Positions 13,893-27,068 are shown, counted from the first letter of the stretch. The stretch: 50,385 nucleotides of DNA from Octopus bimaculoides (GCF_001194135.2 NC_068985.1:46949343-46999727), one strand, 5' to 3'. The notes: a model not told the origin generated them from the letters alone. A program made the numbers and translations.

Positions 13893-15188
13893 CACCGAGT
13901 ACTCTATTTTCTATACTACTACATCAGCCGAAATTTGAATTAAACGATGTTAGCTTTCTGTTTATAAATATGAAACATTCTTAGAAGGAACTTTTGTTGA
14001 CTAATTGCATGGATAATCTCAGTCAATTGAAATAGTTTCAACATACAGTATTGTATATTTCAGATACAATTCAATGCGTATTTCGTATACAGAACACTCC
14101 CTTCAGGCATTGTCATTAGTCATATCATTCATATAATTAAAGTAGTATACTTTTCTTCTTTGGCCCTTTCTTCCATCTCTCTCTCTCTTTACACATATCA
14201 CAGCACCTCTTCCTCATTTTCTTTAGTTTCTCTCATTTTCTATTTCTGTCGTCCAAAATTCGTCTTCACGGCAATAAATATTTCTGATTTACTAACACTT
14301 CTATGTTTTTACATTTTTTTCATGATTTCTCTCACAGTATCTTTATTAAATCTTACGTTTCCCTGATCTTTTCTCTCATATATCTTTCATGTTCCCTTCT
14401 CCCCCATTTTCATCTCCCACACATTCTTTTTTTATTATTACTCTGTAAAAATATCATTTTTCAACTAAGCCACCATTTTATCGACAGGCCGAAAGACTGA
14501 AAATATCGCAAAATCTGAAGGGAAGAACCAATATATAGTGACTGAGTTTAATTAGCCCCCCCCCCCCCCCCAAAAAAAAAATGACAATCCCGAAAAAGAA
14601 CAATGTTTGTTTCAATATCCGATTTCATATCAGGAATCATGAAAAGCAGATACATAAACGTAACAACGCGAGTCTCGGTCAGGCTAGCAAGATGTTGAAA
14701 AACACTATACATTGTTGTCTAAAAAAGATCATCACAACGCAACTTTACTTGGTAAAATTGTGTCTTTTCTAGAATTTACACTAACGCGCCACTGCCAGCG
14801 TGGAAAAACTGCAACTCACAAGGGGACAGGCTGAAAAACTAAAAAGAACGCTAATGATATATATATACACACAATAATACCTCACCTTACGAGGACCCGC
14901 TTTACGAAATCCCGGGTTTACATGTTTTATTTCATAATAAATTTTTCAAGCACAAGATCCAAATTTTGAACCAGTTCCAAAAGTTTCTACCATCATATCA
15001 AATGCTTCTGTTACCAAGAAATTTAATGAGAGCTAAAAAACGCTTCTTCTGTGCAGACAAATCTAGACATGTTTTTTTAACAAGAAATCTACAAGTCTGT
15101 CTATGAGTGCTTCTGAATCGGCGATCGAGTCTACAAGTGATGGTGTACGCGAGTGTAGTGCGAATGAAAGCGATTCAGAAAACGGTTA

Positions 15189-15680
15189 TATCAGGTCATA
15201 CCATAAGTTCTGTACGAATTTTGAATAAAGAAAACAAGTTATCAAATGTTATATTGAATTGAAATTTAATCGTCAATGTACTTTCCCTGATTATCTATGA
15301 CTTCCTTCCATCTATTTACAAGTTTTTAAATCCCACCAATGTAAAACTCTTTTGGTTTCAGAGCGAAGAACTCTGAAATGTCAGTTTCGACTTCATCCTG
15401 GCTTGCGAAAGTTATGTCCCCCAAATGATTCTATAAACTACGAAACAAATGGTAGTCTGAAGGAGCAAAGTCGGAAGAATAAGATGGAAAAGGAATTTTA
15501 TTTCCAACCAAGCTCTTCGATCTTCTAAGATGTGATCTTTGCAGTGTGGGGTCACGCATTGTCCTGATGAAACATTACTCCTTTCTGATTCACTAAAGCA
15601 GGTCTTTTTTTCTTCAAAGCTTGGTTCAAACGCTCTAATTGCTGACAGTAGACTTGAGCATTAGGTAATAACAATTCAAA
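15189..15680 (-). mobile_element. Mariner (DD34D) transposon 3' fragment with right TIR; transposase pseudogene
   Basis: Translation gives FELLLPNAQVYCQQLERLNQALKKKRPALVNQKGVMFHQDNA*PHTAKIT...PSYSSDFAPSDYHLFRSL...RWKEVIDNQGKYIDD*, i.e. the HQDNARPH and YSPDLAPSDY motifs. It ends in a TIR-like TATCAGGTCATACCATAAGTTCTGTACG next to a TA. Confidence 0.92.
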
Positions 15681-16896
15681 GTGTACGGACGAACTTATAC
15701 GCATACATACAGACACACACGAACACCCATATGNNNNNNNNNNNNNNNNNNNNNNNNNNNNNNNNNNNNNNNNNNNNNNNNNNNNNNNNNNNNNNNNNNN
15801 NNNNNNNNNNNNNNNNNNNNNNNNNNNNNNNNNNNNNNNNNNNNNNNNNNNNNNNNNNNNNNNNNNNNNNNNNNNNNNNNNNNNNNNNNNNNNNNNNNNN
15901 NNNNNNNNNNNNNNNNNNNNNNNNNNNNNNNNNNNNNNNNNNNNNNNNNNNNNNNNNNNNNNNNNNNNNNNNNNNNNNNNNNNNNNNNNNNNNNNNNNNN
16001 NNNNNNNNNNNNNNNNNNNNNNNNNNNNNNNNNNNNNNNNNNNNNNNNNNNNNNNNNNNNNNNNNNNNNNNNNNNNNNNNNNNNNNNNNNNNNNNNNNNN
16101 NNNNNNNNNNNNNNNNNNNNNNNNNNNNNNNNNNNNNNNNNNNNNNNNNNNNNNNNNNNNNNNNNNNNNNNNNNNNNNNNNNNNNNNNNNNNNNNNNNNN
16201 NNNNNNNNNNNNNNNNNNNNNNNNNNNNNNNNNNNNNNNNNNNNNNNNNNNNNNNNNNNNNNNNNNNNNNNNNNNNNNNNNNNNNNNNNNNNNNNNNNNN
16301 NNNNNNNNNNNNNNNNNNNNNNNNNNNNNNNNNNNNNNNNNNNNNNNNNNNNNNNNNNNNNNNNNNNNNNNNNNNNNNNNNNNNNNNNNNNNNNNNNNNN
16401 NNNNNNNNNNNNNNNNNNNNNNNNNNNNNNNNNNNNNNNNNNNNNNNNNNNNNNNNNNNNNNNNNNNNNNNNNNNNNNNNNNNNNNNNNNNNNNNNNNNN
16501 NNNNNNNNNNNNNNNNNNNNNNNNNNNNNNNNNNNNNNNNNNNNNNNNNNNNNNNNNNNNNNNNNNNNNNNNNNNNNNNNNNNNNNNNNNNNTGTATATA
16601 CATATATATATATATATATACACACAAATACGTGTACGGACGAACTTATACGCATACATACAGACACACACGAACACCCATATGCATATCAATACACACA
16701 TATACACCCATAAACAAATACATAAACATACAAATATATAGTCACGCATAATGTTCCTGCACACACACATACACACAGACACACAGACACATATGTATCA
16801 GTGCGTTTATTTGTACATATGTACATATACACACACCACAATATATACACCCGCGTAAAACACTTGCATTTACTAATAAATACTTACCTATATAAA

Positions 16897-16929
<33 letters not shown>

Positions 16930-17027
16930 TGTATGTATGTATGCATGTATCTGTGAGCATTTATTCAGAGAGATCTAGCTTTAAAAGAGAATTGTACGTC
17001 AAAAGCTACACACATAACACATACACT

Positions 17028-17068
<41 letters not shown>

Positions 17069-18721
17069 ACACACACAGGAGTACACACTTTCACACACAT
17101 TGAGACCCGTTCTTATATGTATCCATATATGTCTATGCCTGCATGTGTATTCAATATCATTCTGTTTCCTTTCAAACACATATGCCATTCTGTTTATATC
17201 TGATTCCTTATTTCTTTCTCATATTTTATATTCTTTCCAAGACATCCAACCCATTTTAAACCATTTTTCTCTTAGACGTTTTTCTCCCTCTCTTGACATA
17301 TTTATTTATTCAAATTTTTTCCTTTCCATATTTTGCGGTTTTCATTTCACTTCTCGTACCTTTTCTCTTCCTACTCTCACCCACATCTTTCTTTAACATT
17401 CTCTTCATACAATGAAGGAAACCAGTTAATTTTCATGGCGACAACCAATTTATCTCGACAATACCAGTGAAGGAAGCCAGTATTTATTTTGCTTTTACGT
17501 TTCGACATAAATTTAATCAATACTTTTATGAAATAATTCGTTTCGCGAAGTAATTAGTTCCAAACAAAAAACGGATTATAATACAATATTGACCTTGAAG
17601 GGGCAGATACACAATCTCTTGGATATATGTCTCCCCTTGACATAGTGACCTATATTTATTGAAAAGTTGTAGGATGCTGTGACGTTCATAGTTTTTTAAA
17701 ATTTCCATTAGAGGTTTCACGTTCTTGTGAGTTGACTTCAGTGAAGAATCGAACGTGTGTAGCCTACTCGTTAGGTGCCAGTATTTATTTGCACAATTTG
17801 TCTCACAGAAGTCACAGACTTATGTTAATGCCGGAGCCTAAGCGGCATCAACATATTCAAAAGACAAATTAGAAAAGATAAGAATACATTGGAAAAAATA
17901 AAGATACACCATTGCTACATAAGCAAGGGTGGTCAGAACGGCTAAATCCTTGATTAGAGGCCTGAGTTCGAGTTAAACAACAAGTAACTAAAGACCTATG
18001 ATAGTTTTAAATATTTTATACATACATATATGCAACACACCAGAAAAGGATACCGCTAATAACGCTTTTCTCCAAACTCATGGATTATTTTCTTTCTCAT
18101 ATTTGACAAGGAGAATCTTTTCCGAAATATTATAGAAGCATGAAAGATAATACTATAACTTAGATTTGTTTATACTAGCTTTGTTTATCTTTATACAGTT
18201 TGCCTCACTTCTCATTTGCATAGCTTAAAGGTTTCTTAAAACATACCAAATATTATTTAACTCTGTTCTGGGGCTTAGTGACTTTGTGGAGTAGCAAAAG
18301 AAGGGTGAAAAAAAGTGAATGCAGTGCAGATCAAGCCATCATATATATCGTGTTGTACCAGCAGCCAACACAATGAAATCGAAGCACCATCTCGCATTTA
18401 GTAGCACAAAAGTTTAATCCATAAATATAGGTAGTGGCGGTATTGTAAGCATGGACAAGTGGAGGAAGAATATGCTATACTCTATGGCCAAAATCTATCT
18501 TTCTATTTATCTATACAAGCGCATCTCACGCCCGTCGCTTATAATGTGCTGACAAGAAAGCGTTACTGGAATGCAATTCACCTCACCAACAAAACACTGT
18601 ACAGGAAATATTAATAGAAACACATGTATTCTGTACAGTACTCTACATAAATATAGGCAATTTATGAGAGGAGCGATATTCATAAAACTACAAAATGTTA
18701 AGAAATAATAAACATATCATA

Positions 18722-18885
18722 TGCGCTGTCGTGGCTGCATAGTAAGTAGCTTGCTTCCTAATCACATGGCTCAGAATTTCGTCGCACTGCGTGGAAATTT
18801 GTGCAAGTCTCTTCTACTATAGCCTTAGGCAAACCAAAAACTTCTGACTGGATTTGGTAGACAGAAACTGAAAGAAGCCTGACAT
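18722..18885 (+). mobile_element. SINE family B, 5' half
   Basis: GTGGCTGCATAGTAAGTAGCTTGCTTCC...GGATTTGGTAGACAGAAACTGAAAGAAGCC, ending at (CT)n. Confidence 0.8.
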
Positions 18886-18892
18886 GCATCTT

Positions 18893-18943
<51 letters not shown>

Positions 18944-18954
18944 CATGTCTGATA

Positions 18955-19276
18955 TTTATCCTATCGCTCTCTTTTGCTGAAGCGCTAAAATATGGGGACG
19001 TAAGCACATCAACACCGGTTGTCAGACGGCGGGGTGGGGGACAAACACAGACATAAAGACACACACACACGCTTACACACACACAGACACAGACACACAC
19101 ACATATATATATACGACAAACTTCTTCCAGTTTCTGTCTACCGAATGCACTCACAAGGCTTTGCTCGGCTTGAAGTTATACTAGAAGACAGTTGCCTAAA
19201 GTGCTACATCGTAGGATTGAAACCAGAACCATGTGGTTGGGAAGCAAACTTCTTATTACACGGCCACGCCTGCGCA
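18955..19276 (-). mobile_element. SINE family B
   Basis: Aligns to 37550-37853 and faces the 18722 copy tail-to-tail. Confidence 0.85.
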
Positions 19277-19553
19277 AATCTATTATGAGTTGTGGGGTAA
19301 TACAAATTAACATCACTTTCTTCTGACGACGAGTTTATGAAGGTTAAGAAACGATGATTATAGATTTGGCCATATTACAAGTCGAAAAAATCATAATTAT
19401 CGTTTTGGAATATTACTGTTCCAAACAAAATGCAAAGCAATCTTGAATATATAAAAACATGAAAAAATAAAAACAAATGCTTTAGAAGAAAGTTTAAACT
19501 ACAACACAATCGTGATTTTTAGGGTATATCTAAGAGAAAAACTGCTTCCTCTG

Positions 19554-19624
<71 letters not shown>

Positions 19625-20295
19625 CTATCTATTGCTCTGTATGTCTCTACATTTATGTCTCCGCGCGCGTGCGTATATATATGTTTAGTTATGCGTGTAT
19701 GTGTCCGTGTGTGTGTTATTATTATACACACACATATATATATATTCATATATCCACAATGTACATATGTGTATGCATACAGACAGTTAAATATGTATGC
19801 GTGTATCTGCTGCAGCTGCTTGTAATTTACATTACGACTACCCGCTCCTTTATTTATGACGGGTGTTGTTACCCAGTGAAAAAAAAAAAGCGCTGGTACT
19901 TAGCCTCGTAGTTTTTATCTTGACATATATATTAGAGAAAATTGTGTTCCAATATATGCAATAACAATTGTAAATATTTGCGCAGAAGGGATCAGTGAAA
20001 ATTTTGTAAACGAAAATAGACTCAAGTAGATTCATACGACATATGTGTATACACACGCACACACACATACATGCACACACACTCATATACAAGCATGTAA
20101 ACACATTCATGAACGCACACACACATATATTTGTGATATTTTTTTATCACAGTATCTTCGTTGTAGAAGATTCACCCCAAATCTCTGTTTCTAGCTTTTT
20201 TTTTCTCCACCTACTTCTTTGGGAAGTGCAGGCAGGTGTATATCATTGCTACGAAATGAAGACTTAGCCTCGAATAAGTAATAACTGCAGTCTAA

Positions 20296-20352
<57 letters not shown>

Positions 20353-20382
20353 GCTAGCTATCTATCTACCTACCAAGCTCTT

Positions 20383-20431
<49 letters not shown>

Positions 20432-20542
20432 TTCTCTCTCCCTCTTTCTGACTCTCTCTTTCTGTCTCTCTCTTTCTGTCTCTCTCTTTCTCTCTCTCTC
20501 TTTCTCTCTCTGTCTCTCTCTGTCTCTCTCTGTCTCTCTCTG

Positions 20543-20595
<53 letters not shown>

Positions 20596-20702
20596 ATGTG
20601 AATATACTATACTATACTATACTATACTATAATATAATATAATACAATATGATGTAATATAACACAATATAATATATGTTATATTATATTATGGTGTATA
20701 TA

Positions 20703-21060
20703 TTAGACTGCGGCAGAGCTGGGGTACTGCCTTGAAGAATTTTAGTCGAATGAATGGGGCCCAGTACTTTATTGCTTGTTTAAAGTCTGGTACTTATTGT
20801 TTCGATTTCCGCGAGATTACGGTGACATAAACATAGCAACACCTGTTGCCAAGTGGTGGTGGGGGACAAACACACACACACATAAACACACATATATATG
20901 ACGGACTTCTTTCAGTTTCCATCTGCCAAATACACTCACAAAGCTTTGGTCGACCCAAGTCAATAGCAGAAGACATTTGCCTACATTGCCACAGTGGGAC
21001 AAAACTCAGAGCCATGTGGCTGGGAGGCAATCTACTTACCACAAAGCGACTCCTGCACCT
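20703..21060 (-). mobile_element. SINE family B, full length, diverged
   Basis: Tail GACTGCGGCAGAGCTGGGGTACTGCC through to head CCACAAAGCGACTCCTGCACCT. Confidence 0.85.
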
Positions 21061-21309
21061 ATGTTCGGATGCTATAAAGAATTTAAACCAGTCGGATTTC
21101 ATTTATGACAATGCTTACTCTCTATTTGAAGGCGTTGGATTGATTAAGGGATGGATGTGGAAGATTATATGTCGTATGCATGCTATTGTGTAACGGTGTT
21201 CTGCACTTGGGCACGTCCTTTACACGAGCAACTTCTCCAGCACTCTTTATACGACCTGGATGTGTTCGTACCCTCTCCTGCTGCGTTACATAGATTACTG
21301 TAACTTCGG

Positions 21310-21455
21310 CGACCATGACTAGATTTGGAATGAGTACTGGACTGTTTTTCTATTGCCGTTTGCAAGCAGGTGGGATTTGAACTCATATTGTAGGGAGCCG
21401 GAAGTTATACCACAAAGCATCTCCACCAACTCGCCAACGATTCTGCCACTCTCTC
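21310..21455 (-). mobile_element. SINE family A, decayed
   Basis: GGATTTGAACTCA...AACGATTCTGCCA head remnant. Confidence 0.5.
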
Positions 21456-21467
21456 ACTAGCATAGCA

Positions 21468-21575
21468 ACGCGAAATGAAGTGTTTTCCTGAAGCGCATAA
21501 TGCGCCAGCAGGTCCTGGAATAGAACCCATGATTTAGCAATTGTGAATACAATCCATAACCATTAGGCCACCCGC
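21468..21575 (-). mobile_element. SINE family C head, decayed
   Basis: Reverse complement GTGGCCTAATGGTTA...GGGTTCTATTCC...GGAAAACACTTCATTTCGCGTTGC parallels 32097-32210. Confidence 0.6.
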
Positions 21576-22065
21576 TTTTACTGGATGCATACTAATTGAA
21601 AATAAATGGTATAGAAATGTATGTATATTAATAAAAAACGCGAGCATATGGATAAAGTTAGGAAATGAAAATATATACAACCTCTTATAATGGGAACGAC
21701 ATAGCTTAAGAGAAAAACATTTTTGAGAAAGGAATTTTCCATGAATAATGGGAAGAAATATAAGAAACTTGGCGTCACAAGAGACCCAACAGTATGCAAC
21801 AATTTTTAAATGTTCGAAGTATTATACATTTGTCATACTCGCACATCCAGCAATAATATTAAAGCTGATTTGTAAATATATACACACTGCCATTCACCGG
21901 GAGAAACAAAGTTTATTTAAAGTGCTAAATATTTATATTTTGCTACCTTCTCTATTTAATAAATTACTCCAATTTCAAAACGAATTATTTTCATAAAATA
22001 ATTTTTACGAATTGAAAACCCTCGGAATTTTCATTGTTGACATTTTGACTTTCAGCACGTCTTTT

Positions 22066-22295
22066 TTCTTTTATTCTTTTACTTGTTTCAGTCATTTGAC
22101 TGCGGCGATGCTGGAGTCCGATCTTTAGTCAAACAAATTGACCCCAGGACTTAAAGTTTGTAAGCCTAGCACTTATTCTATCGGTCTTGTGCCAAGCCGC
22201 TAAGTTACCGGGATATAAACACTCTAACATCGGTTGTCAAGCGATGGTGGGGACAAACACAGATACACAAACATTATATATATGTACATACATAC

Positions 22296-22338
<43 letters not shown>

Positions 22339-23097
22339 AGAATNNNNNNNNNNNNNNNNNNNNNNNNNNNNNNNNNNNNNNNNNNNNNNNNNNNNNNNNN
22401 NNNNNNNNNNNNNNNNNNNNNNNNNNNNNNNNNNNNNNNNNNNNNNNNNNNNNNNNNNNNNNNNNNNNNNNNNNNNNNNNNNNNNNNNNNNNNNNNNNNN
22501 NNNNNNNNNNNNNNNNNNNNNNNNNNNNNNNNNNNNNNNNNNNNNNNNNNNNNNNNNNNNNNNNNNNNNNNNNNNNNNNNNNNNNNNNNNNNNNNNNNNN
22601 NNNNNNNNNNNNNNNNNNNNNNNNNNNNNNNNNNNNNNNNNNNNNNNNNNNNNNNNNNNNNNNNNNNNNNNNNNNNNNNNNNNNNNNNNNNNNNNNNNNN
22701 NNNNNNNNNNNNNNNNNNNNNNNNNNNNNNNNNNNNNNNNNNNNNNNNNNNNNNNNNNNNNNNNNNNNNNNNNNNNNNNNNNNNNNNNNNNNNNNNNNNN
22801 NNNNNNNNNNNNNNNNNNNNNNNNNNNNNNNNNNNNNNNNNNNNNNNNNNNNNNNNNNNNNNNNNNNNNNNNNNNNNNNNNNNNNNNNNNNNNNNNNNNN
22901 NNNNNNNNNNNNNNNNNNNNNNNNNNNNNNNNNNNNNNNNNNNNNNNNNNNNNNNNNNNNNNNNNNNNNNNNNNNNNNNNNNNNNNNTATATATATATAT
23001 ATATGTATATATGTCTGCCAAATCCACTCACAAAGCTTTGGTTGGCCCAAGGCTGCAATAGAAGACGCTTGCCCATGTGGTTGGGAAGTAAGCTTAT
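22066..23097 (-). mobile_element. SINE family B copy split by an assembly gap at its internal (TA)n
   Basis: The tail half is at 22066-22270 and the head half at 23012-23097. The head half has an internal deletion joining TTGCCCA to TGTGGTTGGG. Confidence 0.8.
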
Positions 23098-23119
23098 CGT
23101 TATTTTGCCTTACCCCAAA

Positions 23120-23865
23120 TTTGCCGCCATTATATTTTGACAGCATTATATCTTACCGATACTTTGTCTTTATATTTTGGTAACGGCATTATGATTTACC
23201 AGTAACTTTGTCTTTACGGCGTCAAGTCAAGTCATGCCGTCACTTTATGTTGGCAGCAATACATTTTGCCGTTTTTATTTTAGTATCGAAAGCATTATTT
23301 CCTCATGGTATCATACCCTGCCAATCTATTGTCTTGGTGGCATTGCATCTTACCGTCATTTTATCAAGACGTTATCATGCCTTGCCATCATCATTCCTTC
23401 ATGACGGTACTGTGTTGTGGCAATATTGTCTTTACTGCGTTATCGCTTTCCCACATTTTCTTTTGATAGTATTATATCAATGTCATTATATCAATGTCAT
23501 TATATCAATGTCATTATATCAATGTCATTGTTTTAGTTTGACAAAGTTATGTCTGCCAACCTTCTGTTTCGACGGTATTGTATTTTTAACAATATTTTTG
23601 TCTTGCCGATATTTGGTCATTTTCCTTTGACAGCATTACATTATACTGCCTTATTATTTTGATGACATCATGTGTTTCCATTGCTTGTCTTATTGTCATT
23701 TACAATCCACCATTATTTTATCTTGACGGAGTTGTCTTGCTGCCATTGTGTTTTGGTGGCGTTGTATCTTGCTGTCATTCAGTTTGGTCGGCGTTATGTC
23801 TTGCTATCATTTCATCTTGCAAGTATTTTGAAAGTCGATAAATTGACTGCTGGCATTTTGCGTTC
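23120..23865. repeat. Degenerate 32-bp (2 x 16) minisatellite of alternating inverted half-sites
   Basis: Consensus TGCCGTCA-N8-TGACGGCA-N8, e.g. 23122-23145, 23235-23258, and units at 23738, 23770, 23802. It includes 4 perfect copies of ATTATATCAATGTC (23471-23526). Confidence 0.7.
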
Positions 23866-24409
23866 CTATTTCATTTTCTCGATATTTTCTCTTGTCGGTA
23901 TCTAAATTTTATAACCCTCTCTTCTCTTGCCACAGATAAAAGTCAACGTCAATCCTGACTGTATTTCAATACATACCTTAAAGAGATTTAACTCTGTAAA
24001 ATGTATTTTGTTCGTAGATTCACAAAATCTAACCTCCGTCGTGCTTCCACTACCGAACAATAATGAAGATATTACCGGTTATTTCAACGAGGACCGAACC
24101 ATTCTAAAAAACGGGCGAAGTGTATCGTAAAATCTGAAGAACGTAATCAATGTGAGGTTATATGAAAATAGACAAGACAGCTATTATCTGGCGAACAGAT
24201 GTTTATATTGGTAAGAAGAAGAAGAAATAAAGCGGCGTGATTCCAGTGTTAAGTGTACTGGAAACGGAAAGACCACCCACAGAGAATGAGGTCCACCTAC
24301 AGGCAGGCAAGCTGTGTGAAACCAAGAAAGTTCTAACAACTTAGTTGCATGCATATTGCTCTTTGTTGCCCGTCTTCATATCAGCTGTGAGCATGTTCTA
24401 TCATACATT

Positions 24410-24445
<36 letters not shown>

Positions 24446-24514
24446 TATAATATGTATTTGTTTATACATGTACATGTATTGTCTGTATGTTTACATATAT
24501 AACATATATGTATG

Positions 24515-24556
<42 letters not shown>

Positions 24557-24927
24557 NNNNNNNNNNNNNNNNNNNNNNNNNNNNNNNNNNNNNNNNNNNN
24601 NNNNNNNNNNNNNNNNNNNNNNNNNNNNNNNNNTATATATACATATTCACATACATATGTTTATACATATACGCATGTATATATATATGTATATTTGTGT
24701 GCATATATGTGTACTTATATATATATATATATATCTTTGTGTGTGTATGTGTACGTGTGCGTTCGTGCGTGTATACATACACATATATGCACATAATCAT
24801 ATATATGTTATATACATACAAGCAGGTATATATGTGAGTGTGTATGTGTATGTGTGTGTGTGAGAATGTGTATTTATGCATACGTATGTATCTCTCTCTC
24901 TCTCAATATCTCTATATCTCTCTATCT

Positions 24928-24975
<48 letters not shown>

Positions 24976-25531
24976 CAAGCTTCTTACAGTGTACACGTAT
25001 CCTCATTTCTAGTCTCCCCTGTGCCTTTACTGTGCCCTTACCACATATCCGCGCTGCTCTTACCAAATAATTTTCATGATCATGATTATGTCATTGCAGT
25101 TACCTCACTTCTTCCCTTCATTCCCATTCTCCCACTATCCCTCCCGTCTCATTCTCTCCCTCTCCGTCATGAACTTTTCCTCTTCCTCCTTTGTGTGATC
25201 TTTTATATTTTTTTAAGTTTTATCTTGAAGTTATTCTCTTTTCCTCATATTTACCCCTCCTCCCTTTCTTCATTTTATCGCATTTCCTCGCCCTCTGTCG
25301 TCATCTTCATCATCATCATTATCATTATCCTCATCAACATCCTCATCATCGATATCATTATTATCGTAATCATTATCATTACCGTCATCATCATCATTGT
25401 CATAGTCGTCGTCATCATCGTCATCATCATCATCATCGTCGTTGTCGTCGTCGTCGTCGTCGTCGTCATCGTCATCATCATCATTATCGTTATCTACCAG
25501 CAACCATGTCATCCAACACGTCTTGAGATTA

Positions 25532-25830
25532 GGCGGTGAGCTGGCAGAATCGTCAACGGCTGGTTTTCGCCCGTCCTTAATATTCTGAATTCAAATTCCA
25601 CCGAAGTCGACTTTGCACTTCATCCTTTCGGCGTTGATACGGGGAGTTGTGTACTGGGGTGGATGTAATCAACTAATCCTTTCCATCCGCTACCAATTTT
25701 CAGGCCTTGTGTTTTAGCAGAAAGGATTGTACCAGTCAAGAGAAAATAGGTACCAGTCATGTGCTGGGGGTCAATGAAATTGACAAGCCTCTTCCACCAA
25801 ATTTCAGGCCTTGTGGCTATAGTAGAAAGG

Positions 25831-25833
<3 letters not shown>
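25532..25833 (+). mobile_element. SINE family A copy plus a duplicated 3' portion
   Basis: GGCGGTGAGCTGGCAGAATCG... to AGAAAGGATT (25717); a second 3' part GTACCAG...CAGGCCTTGTG..TAGTAGAAAGGATT(ATT)n follows. Confidence 0.8.
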
Positions 25834-25877
<44 letters not shown>

Positions 25878-25887
25878 TATTATTATT

Positions 25888-26341
25888 GAGTGAGAGAGCA
25901 GTGCATTGCCATCAAAGTAACACTGGGGTAAAATATACGAAACCCAGTATACAGCACATGACCTTGCAGGTGGGGCCCAGTTAGAATTTTCTTCAGATCG
26001 ATTAGCTCATCCCGCTCAAAAGGTCCCTGAATAATAGTTGTTTAAGGATGTTGAATGAAATACCCATGTTTCCGGAGGTGAATTATTCAAACCCCAAACA
26101 ATTCCTCTCAGCAGATGGCTATGATGCTCCCCTACTACTTCTGCTCGTGATCAGAGATGCACATATCGTCTTCCACAAAAGGACATGCTGGTTAAAGTCA
26201 AACAACTGACAAGCAAATCTGTGGTATTGAGCAGAATATTTGCTGTAGCTCATCTTTCATACCAAGACAAAACAATGTACATGATAACACTTCCAGTCAG
26301 TTAAGATGAGAAGCCACGAGAGCCACTGCCTGGTACTGCAT
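25888..26341. mobile_element. Interspersed repeat family D (probable retroposon 3' UTR or SINE; class unresolved)
   Basis: Non-simple sequence flanked by (TTA)n and (TTC)n. Its last ~60 bp recur at 27000-27068 with clear similarity. Confidence 0.6.
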
Positions 26342-26351
26342 TCTTCTTCTT

Positions 26352-26410
<59 letters not shown>

Positions 26411-26412
<2 letters not shown>

Positions 26413-26688
26413 GTCAGTAGTCTTATTTTTATAACGTGCTTTCACTTCACTACTGAGCGCAGCTCTGTGTGCCTTGGACATGTGCTGTGGTTTGCTGTGA
26501 TTCTCTTATGGTTACTGTATTGAAAGTGTTTTGCGTAGGATGTGTGCAGTGCCTAGTAGTACTATTTTCGGTATGTTACATATATTTGTTAGTCCTGCTT
26601 TTTTTGTTATGTATTTCTCTGAATATTTTTTTATTATACCTAATGCGCCCAATATGACAGGAATTGTTTCCGTTTTTAGACTCCATAT
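26411..26688 (-). mobile_element. 3' end of an R4/Dong-type (RLE-bearing) non-LTR retrotransposon
   Basis: IWSLKTETIPVILGALGIIKK...IPKIVLLGTAHILRKTLSIQ* is the typical C-terminus after the restriction-like endonuclease. It is followed by a 3' UTR of about 100 bp and an (AAT)n tail, with (TAA)n on both sides. Confidence 0.75.
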
Positions 26689-26724
26689 TATTATTATTAG
26701 TATCATCATCATTATTATTATTAA

Positions 26725-26920
26725 GGCGGCGAGCTTGCAGAATCGTTAGCACGCCGGACGAATTGCTTAGCGGTATTTCGCTCTCCCTTACGTTCTGAGT
26801 TCGAATTCTGTCGAGGTCGACTTTTCCTTTTGGGGTCGATACATTGAAATATTGGGGTTAATGTACTCGACTACTCTCTTTCTCACAAATTTTAGAACTT
26901 GTGTCTTTAGTAGAAAGGAT
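26725..26920 (+). mobile_element. SINE family A
   Basis: GGCGGCGAGCTTGCAGAATCGTTAGCACGCCGG...GTTCTGAGTTCGAATTC...TAGTAGAAAGGATT, flanked by (ATT)n. Confidence 0.85.
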
Positions 26921-26999
26921 TATTATTATTATTATTATTATTATTATAGTTGTTGTTGTTGTTGTTGTTGTTGTTGCCATTGTTGTTGTTGTTGTTGTT

Positions 27000-27064
27000 G
27001 ATAACATTTCCACTCAATTGAGATCAGAAGCCATGGGAGCGACTGTCTGATAATGCACCAGGGC

Positions 27065-27068
<4 letters not shown>
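27000..27068. mobile_element. Family D terminal fragment
   Basis: TGATAACATTTCCACTCAATTGAGATCAGAAGCCATGGGAGCGACTG aligns to 26282-26340. Confidence 0.6.

Noticed and set aside
14872-14925. CAATAATACCTCACCTTACGAG, resembling a pogo/Tigger TIR
   Set aside because: No partner TIR or transposase motif was found.
17490-17525. Minus-strand CGAAACGTA, a possible minimal hammerhead half
   Set aside because: The upstream core is TTGATTA rather than CTGANGA, and helices I and II do not pair.
19322-19365. CTGACGA...GAAAC hammerhead-like spacing
   Set aside because: There is no helix II pairing and no NUH site after helix III.
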